Part shown: positions 37,955-47,298 of the stretch, piece by piece
Position numbering within the stretch: the stretch's first letter is position 1
Layout: every line of letters begins with the position of its first letter
Assembly: GCA_964546935.1 (NCBI GenBank)
Contig: CAZJLJ010000001.1
Location: 70,664 to 134,663, forward strand
Origin: an uncultured bacterium
GTDB lineage: Bacteria; Vulcanimicrobiota; Vulcanimicrobiia; Vulcanimicrobiales; Vulcanimicrobiaceae
DNA length: 64,000 bases
Direction of reading: 5' to 3'
The notes under the pieces: model-generated
The model's database searches: none
Told to the model about the DNA's origin: nothing
The model's input: only the letters and a program-made list of their open reading frames with translations
Position numbers and translations under genes: made by a program

Positions 37955-37981
37955 AACGCCTGCCTCGTCACGGCCGTGACA
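37955..37981 (-). promoter_or_regulatory. ECF41-like promoter motif upstream of the TonB-like gene
   Basis: Minus strand reads TGTCACG (37981..37975), 16 nt, then CGTT (37958..37955), 19 nt before the ATG. The -35 element lies inside the perfect 14-bp palindrome GTCACGGCCGTGAC (37967..37980). Confidence 0.35.
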
Positions 37982-38018
37982 CCCGGAGGTCCCGAGCCTG
38001 GGCGAGAAGGCACGCCCC

Positions 38019-38267
38019 ATGGATACCGATATCGTACTCTATCAAGCCGAGTGGTGCCCCTATTGCGCAAGGGTCCGGTCCAAAATGACCGATATGCTGT
38101 TGAACTACAAAATTGTGAACGTGCCTTCAGACCATGGGCAGCGCAAGGCCGTAAAAGATGTCTTCGGCGTGACCGGGATTCCGTCCATGACCGACGGAGA
38201 CGTGAAAATCGCCGACGACGACGACAAGATCATCGCTTACTTAGAAGAGAAATACGGCCGCCGCTAA
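38019..38267 (+). CDS. glutaredoxin-family protein
   Basis: 82 aa with the CPYC active site at the N-terminus of the first helix and GIPS downstream. Confidence 0.8.
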   Translation: MDTDIVLYQAEWCPYCARVRSKMTDMLLNYKIVNVPSDHGQRKAVKDVFGVTGIPSMTDGDVKIADDDDKIIAYLEEKYGRR

Positions 38268-39008
38268 GAGTGCGCCGCTGAGCGTTGCGGCGAAATTTAC
38301 GGCATCGTTATCGAACCATGCAACGCCCCGGCGAAGAACCGTGGGCGTTCCGCATTTATGCGGGTTCGTTTCGCATGCGCGATTGCAAACGGGGCACCAA
38401 CGAAGTGCCTGTAGGCTTGCGCCCAAAATCGAGTCGATGAACGCGCCCGCAATTCCGCCCAAAAACACCGGAAGAAACGGCGCGATGCCGACCTCCGCCG
38501 CGACGATCGCAACGAACGCCGCGCCCGCAATCTCGGCGATCGTGCCTTGTAGCGTAACGCCACCGGAAAGGCCCGGCGCGAGCGGCCGAAACGTCAGAAT
38601 CGAATGCGGTACACCGCGTGCCAGCGTTCCGATCTCCGTGCCCCACGTATCGGCCGAAGCTGCAGCGAACGCACCGGCAAACGCGACGAACGCAGGCGTT
38701 CCGAACCGCGCGGAAAGTAGGAGGGCGAGCGTTGCTACTCCGCCATTGGCCAACACTTGCCATGCGTCGCGCGAACCTTGTTTGCCGATGTCGACAAGCT
38801 CGCGTTTGCGCCGCTTGCCGATGCGCGAGAGCAGCGACGATGGAAGAAAAAAAGCGAAGAGTACGGCGGTAGCGGGCCAGCCGCCGATTCCGAACGTGAT
38901 GGTCCCCACCAGGGCTGCAGCAAGTGCGCCGCTTCGGTTCAGGGCGTGCGCTCGAAGCGCACCACCGGCGATAACGCCCGCAAGGATGAACCCGTAGACG
39001 AATTGCAC
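38241..39008 (-). CDS. DUF92 (TMEM19-like) membrane protein
   Basis: 255 aa, polytopic. It has ADTWGTEIG and the C-terminal CPVCNRACE...H motif, which I associate with DUF92. Confidence 0.65.
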   Translation of the reverse strand: MQFVYGFILAGVIAGGALRAHALNRSGALAAALVGTITFGIGGWPATAVLFAFFLPSSLLSRIGKRRKRELVDIGKQGSRDAWQVLANGGVATLALLLSARFGTPAFVAFAGAFAAASADTWGTEIGTLARGVPHSILTFRPLAPGLSGGVTLQGTIAEIAGAAFVAIVAAEVGIAPFLPVFLGGIAGAFIDSILGASLQALRWCPVCNRACETNPHKCGTPTVLRRGVAWFDNDAVNFAATLSGALLAAAVFLF

Positions 39009-39017
39009 GGAATCGGG

Positions 39018-40553
39018 TTAGGCGTGAAGCGCGAGATGCGCTTGCAGCGCATCTAGAAGTCCGTCGGTCGTGTAAACGTCGGCGATAACGTCCACGCGAA
39101 GGCCGATTTCTTCGGCAGCTTCAGCGGTAATAGGGCCGATGCACGCGATGATTTTTCCACGCGCAGCGTCGACCGCGTTTGCGTCGGAGCCCAGCATTCC
39201 AACGAATCCTGCGACGGTGCTTGCGCTTGTGAACGTAAGCACATCGGCGCGAGCAACTTTTTCCCCGAATTCCGGATCGGTTTCGAACGACGTTTTATAA
39301 GCTGCAACGACGGTCGGTTCTCGACCGGCATCCTGCAGCATCTGCGGAAGCACGTCCCGTGCTTCTTGCGCCCGGTAGATCAGAATGCGCTCGCCGTCGA
39401 CCGTCGTTTCGATCAGCGCGCGTCCGACCTCTTCGCTGATAAATGCGTTGGGAACGAGGTCCGGACGGATTCCATACTTCTGGAGCCGCTCCGCCGTCTT
39501 CGAACCGATCGCCGCAACACGGATCTTTCCTAAGTAACGTGCATCCGTATCAAGCGATGCTAGCCGTTCGAAGAATGCATCGACACCGTTTTGCGAGGTG
39601 AAGACGACCCAACCGTAGCGTGATAGTTCGTCGATGGCGTGGTGCGCGGAGTAAATGTCGTCCGGTGGGCCGATGGAAATCGTCGATGCGAGAATCGGCT
39701 CGACGCCGCGCGAATACAACGATTGCGCAAAGGATTCGGCTTGATGCGCAGGCCGCGTTATCAACACGCGTTTGCCGAAAAGCGGCGTATCGTCGAACCA
39801 GCGAAGTTCGTCTCGCAAACGAACCACTTCGCCGACGACGACGATCGCGGGTGCGCCGGCGCCCTCGCGTTCGGCTATCTCCGCAATCGTTTCGAGCGTC
39901 CCGGTAACGGTTTTTTGCGAGGGGCGCGTCCCTTCGGTAATCACGGCAACCGGTGTTTGCGCGTCCAGGCCGTTCTCGATAAGGCGTTGGGCGATGCCGT
40001 GCAGATTGCCCATCGCCATAAGCAAAACCAAAGTGCGGTGCGGATCGGCGAGTTTGCGCCAATCGATCGTCGACTCGGGTTTCGCCGGATCTTCGTGTCC
40101 CGTTGCTACGGTAAACACGGGATTGTAGTCCCGGTGCGTGACGGGAATGCCGGCGTACGCGGGCGCGGCGATCGCGCTCGTGATCCCGGGGATCACTTCG
40201 AAGGCAATGCCGGCTTTTCGCAGTGTTTGCGCCTCTTCGCCGCCTCTGCCGAAAACAAAAACGTCGCCGCCTTTCAAGCGCACGACATGACGGCCTTCCC
40301 GAGCCTTCTCGACCATCAATGCTTCGATTTGAGACTGCGGCATCGCATGATTGCCGCCGCGTTTTCCAACGTAAATTCGTTCGCACGACGGTGACACCAA
40401 ATTGACGATTGGATCGCTCGCGAGCGCGTCGTAAAGCAGAACGTCGGCCGTGCGAAGCGCTTCAGCCGCACGGAGGGTCAATAGGCCGGGATCTCCAGGT
40501 CCCGCGCCGACCAGCGAAACGCGGCCGGCTTCACTCATCGATATCGGGCGCAA
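39018..40553 (-). CDS. cobA: uroporphyrinogen-III C-methyltransferase fused to uroporphyrinogen-III synthase
   Basis: 511 aa. The N-terminal half has the SUMT motifs [12 protein letters not shown] and [18 protein letters not shown]. The C-terminal half of about 250 aa is HemD-like (VLITRPAHQ..., VVFTSQNGV). Confidence 0.9.
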   Translation of the reverse strand: MRPISMSEAGRVSLVGAGPGDPGLLTLRAAEALRTADVLLYDALASDPIVNLVSPSCERIYVGKRGGNHAMPQSQIEALMVEKAREGRHVVRLKGGDVFVFGRGGEEAQTLRKAGIAFEVIPGITSAIAAPAYAGIPVTHRDYNPVFTVATGHEDPAKPESTIDWRKLADPHRTLVLLMAMGNLHGIAQRLIENGLDAQTPVAVITEGTRPSQKTVTGTLETIAEIAEREGAGAPAIVVVGEVVRLRDELRWFDDTPLFGKRVLITRPAHQAESFAQSLYSRGVEPILASTISIGPPDDIYSAHHAIDELSRYGWVVFTSQNGVDAFFERLASLDTDARYLGKIRVAAIGSKTAERLQKYGIRPDLVPNAFISEEVGRALIETTVDGERILIYRAQEARDVLPQMLQDAGREPTVVAAYKTSFETDPEFGEKVARADVLTFTSASTVAGFVGMLGSDANAVDAARGKIIACIGPITAEAAEEIGLRVDVIADVYTTDGLLDALQAHLALHA

Positions 40554-41868
40554 CCGGATGCGGTAAGAGTTCCGCGACGCTATCTGCCAAATTCAAATCG
40601 AAGAGTTCGTCCAGCATGCGAACGTGCGAAAGTGCTTCGGCGTGGTTGGTCGTTGCTTTTTCGCGAATTTTTACTACGACGGAGTGAAGCAGCTTCGAAA
40701 CTACGGTCATCGACATGCCGGTGATGAGCATTTTTTCACGTTCGGTGAACTCGGTGCAGCGCGAGAAGAGCCGTTCCAGTTCCGCGACGCGAATCGCTTC
40801 GGCTTTCTGCGTGAGCGATGCAATGACCGGGACAGCGAGCCGCGACTGGTACCAGGCACTGAAACGCGCGATGAACTCTTCGATAATCTCTTCGACTTCA
40901 GGGACGGCTTCACGCCGCACGTCGAGTTTTTCGTCTACGACATTTTTCAAGCCGTCGATGTCCACGAGGGAAACATTCGGCGTTGCAATGACGGCCGGAT
41001 CGACGTCACGCGGAACCGCAATGTCGATGAAAAAGAGTGGCCGCTGCGGACGGCGAGACATCGCTTCGATAACGTGCTGCGCCGTAACGACGAAATGTGA
41101 CGCACCGGTCGACGTTACGACGATATCTGCAGCTGCAAGCGCGTCGACAAGGCCGGGCATCTCGATCGCTTCGCCAAAACCGACTTCGGCGATCAGTTCT
41201 TGCGCGCGAGAAATCGTGCGATTGGTAACGATGAGATTCTCCGCGCCTTCATCGCGCAGCCGGCGCACGGCGGTGCGTCCCATCTTGCCGGCGCCGATTA
41301 CTACGACGGATTTTTTGTCTAACGTGCCAAGCCGCGCTTTCACGGCGTCGATTGCGGCGGTCGCAATCGATGACGATTCATCGCCGATGCGCGTTTGCGA
41401 ACGCGCGTGTTTGCCGGCATTCAATGCTTCGCGGAAAAGGCGGTGCAGCGTTTTGCCGAGCGATTTTGCGTGCTGCGCCTGAATGTACGCATCTTTCACT
41501 TGGCCGAGGACTTCGGCTTCGCCGATGACCATCGAATCCAATCCGGTCGAGACCCGGAAGAGATGTTCGATGGCTTGGCGTCCCAGTAGCGTGTATAGGT
41601 ACGAATCGAGGTCGTACCGGTTGCGCACCATGCTGTGGCCGAAATTCGAAAGAAAAGATTTGAGTTGCGCTACGCCCGCTTCGTAATCGTCTAGTTCAGC
41701 GTAAATCTCCAAACGGCCGCACGTTTGGAGCATAACCGCTTCTTTGACGGCGCTATAGTCGTGCAAAGCGGTGAGGGCTTCCACGACGCGCGTCGCGGGG
41801 AACGCATGGTGCTCTCGAACTTCAACGGGAGCGGTATTGTGCGAGAGGCCGAGACAAACCAGCGGCAT
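40531..41868 (-). CDS. hemA: glutamyl-tRNA reductase
   Basis: 445 aa with LGLSHNTAPVEVRE, the catalytic Cys in LQTCGRLEIY, and the NADPH site VIGAGKMG. Confidence 0.93.
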   Translation of the reverse strand: MPLVCLGLSHNTAPVEVREHHAFPATRVVEALTALHDYSAVKEAVMLQTCGRLEIYAELDDYEAGVAQLKSFLSNFGHSMVRNRYDLDSYLYTLLGRQAIEHLFRVSTGLDSMVIGEAEVLGQVKDAYIQAQHAKSLGKTLHRLFREALNAGKHARSQTRIGDESSSIATAAIDAVKARLGTLDKKSVVVIGAGKMGRTAVRRLRDEGAENLIVTNRTISRAQELIAEVGFGEAIEMPGLVDALAAADIVVTSTGASHFVVTAQHVIEAMSRRPQRPLFFIDIAVPRDVDPAVIATPNVSLVDIDGLKNVVDEKLDVRREAVPEVEEIIEEFIARFSAWYQSRLAVPVIASLTQKAEAIRVAELERLFSRCTEFTEREKMLITGMSMTVVSKLLHSVVVKIREKATTNHAEALSHVRMLDELFDLNLADSVAELLPHPVAPDIDE

Positions 41869-42555
41869 TTAGGCGCGCGCCTCCGGAGTCGCTGCGTCGA
41901 GGCTCAGATGGTGAGTTAGAATCGACATTTCGCCGGCAAGGTCGATGTTCCGTACGATAAGCGGCGGCCGCAAATGAAGGGGCGCCGGTGCGAAATTCAT
42001 GATTGCGCGAACGCCGCAAGCAGCCAAGCGTTCAGCGCTTTTTTGCGCCGAACTCGCTGGGACTGCCAATACGCCGATGTTGCACCCGGCGTCGTGCACT
42101 ACGCGTTCCATTTCAGTAATGTTGTGTACGGTGATTCCCTGCCAAGACTGTCCGATCACGGACGCAGACCGGTCGAAAATCGCTGCGATTTTAAATCGCG
42201 CTTCACGCGCGGTGATAAAAGTCGCAAATGCGTGGCCGAGGTACCCGAAGCCGACGACCGCGATTCGCCAATCATGCTCCAATCCTAAGACCCAGGCAAG
42301 CTGGTCGACAAGTGGATTAATCGTATAACCCTGGCCGCGGCGTCCAAGTTGCCCGAGTGTGGAAAGGTCCTTCCGAATTTGCGTGCTGCTGATGGTATGG
42401 CCGAGCAGCGCCGCGAGGCCATGCGACGTAATTGTGGTTTTTCCGGCAGCTTGCGCTTCGCGCAGCGCGCGGTGATACGCGTAAAGGCGCGGGATAGCAA
42501 CCGCAACGAGTGGCTCCGCGACCGGCGCCGCGCCACGGAGTTTCGGGTCGATCAT
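41869..42555 (-). CDS. rex: redox-sensing transcriptional repressor Rex
   Basis: 228 aa with a winged-helix region (SSTQIRKDLSTLGQLGRRGQGY) and a Rossmann VGFGYLG followed by NFAP. It overlaps the hemL stop in an ATGA, and its own stop directly abuts the hemA start (TAAATG). Confidence 0.88.
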   Translation of the reverse strand: MIDPKLRGAAPVAEPLVAVAIPRLYAYHRALREAQAAGKTTITSHGLAALLGHTISSTQIRKDLSTLGQLGRRGQGYTINPLVDQLAWVLGLEHDWRIAVVGFGYLGHAFATFITAREARFKIAAIFDRSASVIGQSWQGITVHNITEMERVVHDAGCNIGVLAVPASSAQKSAERLAACGVRAIMNFAPAPLHLRPPLIVRNIDLAGEMSILTHHLSLDAATPEARA

Positions 42556-43853
42556 TGAACGGTCGCGCGGATCTCGCTCAAGGCGTCGTCGGCGGCGGCA
42601 AGCGTCGTTTCAATATCGCGAACGCTATGCGCCGCTGAAACGAAGCCGGCTTCGAACTGCGACGGTGCAAGATAAACGCCGCGGTCGAGCATCGCATGAA
42701 AGTATCTTGCGTAGAGTGCAGTGTCGGCCGACATCGCACTTTGCAAATCTACGACGGGTTCTTCGGTAAAGAACAAACCGAACATTGAACCGGCAGCTGC
42801 GACGGAATGCGGAACGTCGTGCTTGGTGAAGACTTCACGCAGTCCTTCGCTCAGTAAATTCGTGAGAACGCCAAGGCGTTCGTAGAGCGTTGCATCTTCG
42901 CGAATTTGCTTCAGCGTTGCAACACCCGCCGCCATCGCAAGAGGATTTCCTGAAAGCGTTCCCGCGTGAAACACCGGCCCCTCAGGCGTAAGATAGTTCA
43001 TGATTTCGGTGCGTCCGCCGAAGGCGCCGACCGGCAAGCCGCCGCCGATTACTTTTCCGAGCGTCGTGAGATCCGGCATGATTCCGGTGCGCTCTTGCAC
43101 GCCGCCGCGTGCGACGCGAAATCCCGTCATCACTTCATCGAAAATGAGCAACGTCTTCGTGCGCGTGCACAGCTCGCGCACGCCTTCTAGAAAACCGTCA
43201 CGCGGAAGCACTAGGCCCATGTTTCCAACGTACGGCTCGATGATAACGGCGGCGATTTCTTCACCGAATTGCATGAAAGCTTGAGCCAGCGCATCGATGT
43301 CGTTGTATTGCACGACGATCGTATCGGCGGCAACGTTTTTCGGAATGCCGGGCGAATTCGGGACGCCGAGCGTAAGCGCGCTCGAACCGGCCGCAATCAG
43401 AAACGGATCGGCGGCACCGTGATAGCAGCCCGCGAATTTTACGATCTTCTCTCTTCTCGTGTAGCCGCGTGCCAACCGCACTGCGTTCATCGTCGCTTCA
43501 GTTCCGCTGGAAGTAAAGCGTACTTTTTCGATGCTGGGAACCATCGAGACGATTAGTTCCGCCAGATCGCTCTCCGCTTCCGTAGGCGTTCCGAAAGAAC
43601 TCCCGCGTGCCGCAGCAGCCTGAATCGCTTTAACGACTGCGGGATGCGCGTGACCAAGAATCAGAGGTCCCCACGAGAGCACGTAATCGATGTACTCGTG
43701 GCCGTCGATGTCGCAGATCATTGCGCCGGATCCGCTTTTCATGAAAACCGGATTGCCGCCGACCGCCTTGAAAGCGCGTACCGACGAATTTACGCCGCCT
43801 GGAATGACGTTTTTCGCGCGAGCAAAAGCCGAGATCGAGCGTTCGAAGTTCAC
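42552..43853 (-). CDS. hemL: glutamate-1-semialdehyde 2,1-aminomutase
   Basis: 433 aa with GGVNSSVRAF, FDEVMTGFR and the PLP lysine context LTTLGKVIGGG. Confidence 0.93.
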   Translation of the reverse strand: MNFERSISAFARAKNVIPGGVNSSVRAFKAVGGNPVFMKSGSGAMICDIDGHEYIDYVLSWGPLILGHAHPAVVKAIQAAAARGSSFGTPTEAESDLAELIVSMVPSIEKVRFTSSGTEATMNAVRLARGYTRREKIVKFAGCYHGAADPFLIAAGSSALTLGVPNSPGIPKNVAADTIVVQYNDIDALAQAFMQFGEEIAAVIIEPYVGNMGLVLPRDGFLEGVRELCTRTKTLLIFDEVMTGFRVARGGVQERTGIMPDLTTLGKVIGGGLPVGAFGGRTEIMNYLTPEGPVFHAGTLSGNPLAMAAGVATLKQIREDATLYERLGVLTNLLSEGLREVFTKHDVPHSVAAAGSMFGLFFTEEPVVDLQSAMSADTALYARYFHAMLDRGVYLAPSQFEAGFVSAAHSVRDIETTLAAADDALSEIRATVQ

Positions 43854-43868
43854 GCGAGTTCCTTCTAC

Positions 43869-44441
43869 TTAATCCTCGCCGATTCGTGCTAAATCGGCTT
43901 CAGTATTTACATTCACGAAATATTCATCCGAAAGCTGTACGCGGCGTACGCGCATTCTTTCCAGCAACGCGTGCAAGGCGTAGTTCTCCGACGCCATTGC
44001 CGGCATAGCTTCTCGCAAGAGCGCCGTCCGCTCGTAAAGCGCGGCCAGCGGTTCCAATTTTCCGCCGTGCTCCGGTACCGCCGCTTCGTCCCTCGCCTGC
44101 CACGCCGATAGTAACGCTTCGAGAACTCTCGGGGTTACGGCCGGGGCATCACCCGCCACCACAAAGAGGCGCTCGTGCTCGAGTGACTCTGCAGCGGTGG
44201 CAAGGCCTCCCAGCGGACCGCGCTCCGCCCAGCGATCTACGATAACCGGGGCGTGCACGAGATCGCGCACCTCGGCTGCCATCACGCCTCTGGTGGAGAT
44301 GTAGACGGGAAACGGCCCACGCAGGTTCCGGTAGACGGTCGCGAGCAGCGGCACACCGCGGATACGCCGTTGTAATTTGCCGGGGAAGCGGCGCGCTTCG
44401 CCACCCGCAAGGATAACGATCGCAACGTTGTCGCGGTTCAT
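43869..44441 (-). CDS. mobA: molybdenum cofactor guanylyltransferase
   Basis: 190 aa. The N-terminal [12 protein letters not shown] and VVAGDAP are typical of MobA. Confidence 0.8.
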   Translation of the reverse strand: MNRDNVAIVILAGGEARRFPGKLQRRIRGVPLLATVYRNLRGPFPVYISTRGVMAAEVRDLVHAPVIVDRWAERGPLGGLATAAESLEHERLFVVAGDAPAVTPRVLEALLSAWQARDEAAVPEHGGKLEPLAALYERTALLREAMPAMASENYALHALLERMRVRRVQLSDEYFVNVNTEADLARIGED

Positions 44442-45403
44442 GCCTGCCGGCGGGCGTATTCCTTCGCGAAGTACGTGATGATGATGTCAGCGCCGGCGCG
44501 CACGAAGGACACGAGCAGTTCATCGACGGCACGATCGCCTTCGATCCAACCGTTTGCGATAGCGGCTTGCAGCATGGAGTACTCTCCGCTTACGTTGTAA
44601 ACCGCAATCGGCGCATCGAACGTATCGCGTGCGGCGCGGACGATATCCAAATACGGAAGGCCGGGCTTGACCATAATGATGTCGGCGCCTTCTTCCAGAT
44701 CGAGAGCCATCTCTCGCAACGCCTCGCGCGCGTTGGGCGGATCCATCTGATACGTCCGGCGATCGCCGAATTGCGGCGTCGAATCGGCGGCTTCACGGAA
44801 CGGGCCGTAAAAAGCGGATGCGTATTTCGCGCTGTAAGCCATGATCGCAACGTCGATGTAGTCGCGTGCATCAAGTGCGCTGCGCAGCGCTTCTACGCGG
44901 CCGTCCATCATGTCGGACGGTGCAATTACGTCTACGCCCGCCTCTGCATACGTAACGGCGGTGCGCACCAAGAGCTCCACCGTCGCATCGTTGTCAACAT
45001 CTCCGCGTTCGTTTAGGATTCCGCAGTGACCGTGATCGGTGTATTCGCAGTTGCACAAATCGGCGATCACGAGCATCTCCGGAAGCGCTTCTTTGATTGC
45101 GCGAATCGCTCGTTGCACCACGCCGTTCGGATCGTAATTACTCGAGGCGACTGCGTCTTTGAACTCGGGAATGCCGAAAAGCAGCACGCTTTTTACGCCA
45201 AGGTTGAAAAGGGTGCGCGCTTCTTCGACGACCGTTTCTACCGTGAAGCGGTCGACGCCGGGCATCGACGAAATGGGGCCGGCGTCGCTCTCCCGGGCTA
45301 CGACGAAGAGCGGTTGCACGAGCTGATCCACGCGTACGTGATGTTCGCGAACAAGAGCGCGCAAAACCGGGGTGCGGCGAAGGCGCCGCGGGCGAATGTT
45401 CAT
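44438..45403 (-). CDS. hemB: porphobilinogen synthase (Zn-type)
   Basis: 321 aa with RPRRLR, the Cys-rich Zn site [14 protein letters not shown], and the active-site lysines in AYSAKYAS and MVKPG. Confidence 0.93.
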   Translation of the reverse strand: MNIRPRRLRRTPVLRALVREHHVRVDQLVQPLFVVARESDAGPISSMPGVDRFTVETVVEEARTLFNLGVKSVLLFGIPEFKDAVASSNYDPNGVVQRAIRAIKEALPEMLVIADLCNCEYTDHGHCGILNERGDVDNDATVELLVRTAVTYAEAGVDVIAPSDMMDGRVEALRSALDARDYIDVAIMAYSAKYASAFYGPFREAADSTPQFGDRRTYQMDPPNAREALREMALDLEEGADIIMVKPGLPYLDIVRAARDTFDAPIAVYNVSGEYSMLQAAIANGWIEGDRAVDELLVSFVRAGADIIITYFAKEYARRQA

Positions 45404-47289
45404 CAGTGTCCTAAATGTTCGGCGATAAGAGCTACAAACGCATCAATCGATGGTTCGGCGGCAACGATGTCCGGGGCAAAACCGGCATTTTTCGCGGCCT
45501 CACTTGATTGCGGCCCCATGGCCGCAACGAGCGGACGGCCTTCCACCTGGCGAAGCTGCTCCAGGTATCCACGCGCGGCAGCAACCGAACCGCTCGAAGG
45601 AAAAACAACCATATCGGGTTTGCGATTTTGCACGTCCGGAACCTCGTGTTCCAGCAACTCGAGAACCTCGATGCCACGGCGGCGCAACTCCTCGGCGATT
45701 CGGCTCGGACGTTTCTGAGTGCGAGGAAGCACAACCAGGCGATTACCGTTCGACGGAATGTGCGGTGCTATCAACGCAGCGATTCGCTCTCCCAGCGCTT
45801 CCGCTTCGGCGACGCTTTCGGCTTTGGACTGAACGATCTCGCGCACCACTTGATTGCGCCCTACCAGTGCGAAGGCGGCGTGAACGGTAAGCACGTCGCC
45901 GTCGAAAAACGCGTGAACACCAAGCGGCGCATTACAACCCGCACGCAACGACCGCAGTGCAGCGCGTTCGCAACTGACGCTCAATTCGGAGCGGCGATCG
46001 TTGATTACCGATCGAAGCGTTTCCGCTAGAGCGCTATCATCTGCGCGCGTCTCTATCGCGAGCGCACCTTGAGCAACAGCCGGAACGATCTCGTCAACCG
46101 AAAACGGAACGGTGTACGTTGCACGAATGCGTAAACGATTCAATCCCGCCATTGCAAGCACGATCGCGTCGTAAGACCCTTCACGTAACTTTCGCAGCCG
46201 CGTATCTACGTTGCCACGAATATCTTCGTAGCGTAAATCCGGGCGTAACGCTTGCAACTGCGAGCGCCTTCTCAGGCTGGAAGTCCCAACGACGGCGCCG
46301 GCCGGCAGACTTTCAAAACATTCGTAGCGCTCGCTGCAAAAGACGTCGCGTGGATCTTCGCGTGACGATATCGCTGCGATCTGCATATCGGATTCAAGGA
46401 CCCCGGGCAGATCTTTGCACGAATGAACGGCGTAGTCGGCACGATGCTCGCGTAGCGCGATTTCAAGTTCTTTTACGAAGACGTTCACGCTTCCGATGGC
46501 CGCGACGGGGCGGTCTTGCACGCGGTCACCCGTGGTCGTGACATTCAAAATTTTCGTCGCAATCCCGGCCTCTGCAAGCCGTGCTGCGACCATGCGCGTT
46601 TGCGTCATTGCTAGCGCACTCGCGCGCGACGCGCAGACTACAATTCCCGTGCGTTTTTCGATACCGCCTTGCAGCACGCGTGCGATCGTTGCCTCAACGA
46701 CGTGCTCGGCTTCTACCGGATCCATTGCGGCGAGTTCTTGTACGGGCATCTCCGCGAGTTCACGTAAAACGGCAGCGCGGTGTTCCAACGGCAGCACGGT
46801 CTGAACGTAGGTCCGCATTCTTGCCAGCGTTCGAGCAGCCGCGGCGTACGGTTCACCGAACTGCTCGTTCAGTTCGCGAGCAATGCGCTTTGAAAATGCG
46901 GGCGTGCTTCCGCCGGAATCAATCGTAAATGTCAGATCGCCGGAGCGAACCGTCGCCTGCATCGTGAAGTCGCCCGCGCCGGACGTCATCGCATCGGAAA
47001 CGAGCACGTTCATCGATCGCGCATCCGAGACGATTCGTTCGTTGATTGCAGGATCGTCCGTTGCCGCGATCGCCAAAATTACCCCATGCATGTCTTCGGG
47101 CTGATATGCCCGGCGCAAAAGCGAGCAATCATCGGCTGCGAACGCTTCGAACCGTGGATCGATCTGCGGCGCTACGACTCGAACCTTCAGGCCTGCGGCA
47201 AGAAGGGCTTCGGCTTTTCGCAATGCCACTTCACCGCCGCCGGCAAGCAGCGCAATGCGGCCGTTCGTTCGTAGGGCAATCGGAAGCAT
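45403..47289 (-). CDS. hemC: three-part fusion: precorrin-2 dehydrogenase/sirohydrochlorin ferrochelatase (SirC/CysG-N-like), hydroxymethylbilane synthase, and a single HemD-like half-domain
   Basis: 628 aa. Residues about 1-205 are SirC-like ([17 protein letters not shown]...LAIAATDD). Residues about 215-510 are HemC ([26 protein letters not shown], cofactor Cys in RAGCNAPLG). Residues about 515-628 resemble one lobe of HemD ([11 protein letters not shown]...[11 protein letters not shown]). Confidence 0.85.
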   Translation of the reverse strand: MLPIALRTNGRIALLAGGGEVALRKAEALLAAGLKVRVVAPQIDPRFEAFAADDCSLLRRAYQPEDMHGVILAIAATDDPAINERIVSDARSMNVLVSDAMTSGAGDFTMQATVRSGDLTFTIDSGGSTPAFSKRIARELNEQFGEPYAAAARTLARMRTYVQTVLPLEHRAAVLRELAEMPVQELAAMDPVEAEHVVEATIARVLQGGIEKRTGIVVCASRASALAMTQTRMVAARLAEAGIATKILNVTTTGDRVQDRPVAAIGSVNVFVKELEIALREHRADYAVHSCKDLPGVLESDMQIAAISSREDPRDVFCSERYECFESLPAGAVVGTSSLRRRSQLQALRPDLRYEDIRGNVDTRLRKLREGSYDAIVLAMAGLNRLRIRATYTVPFSVDEIVPAVAQGALAIETRADDSALAETLRSVINDRRSELSVSCERAALRSLRAGCNAPLGVHAFFDGDVLTVHAAFALVGRNQVVREIVQSKAESVAEAEALGERIAALIAPHIPSNGNRLVVLPRTQKRPSRIAEELRRRGIEVLELLEHEVPDVQNRKPDMVVFPSSGSVAAARGYLEQLRQVEGRPLVAAMGPQSSEAAKNAGFAPDIVAAEPSIDAFVALIAEHLGH

Positions 47290-47298
47290 GGGTCCCGG

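Noticed and set aside
39550-41482. Several 250-280-aa ORFs (39550..40386 minus, 39639..40394 plus, 40715..41482 plus) overlapping cobA-hemD and hemA
   Set aside because: They are alternative-frame or antisense shadows of genes with unambiguous enzyme signatures. Their translations are Arg/Ser/Ala-rich.
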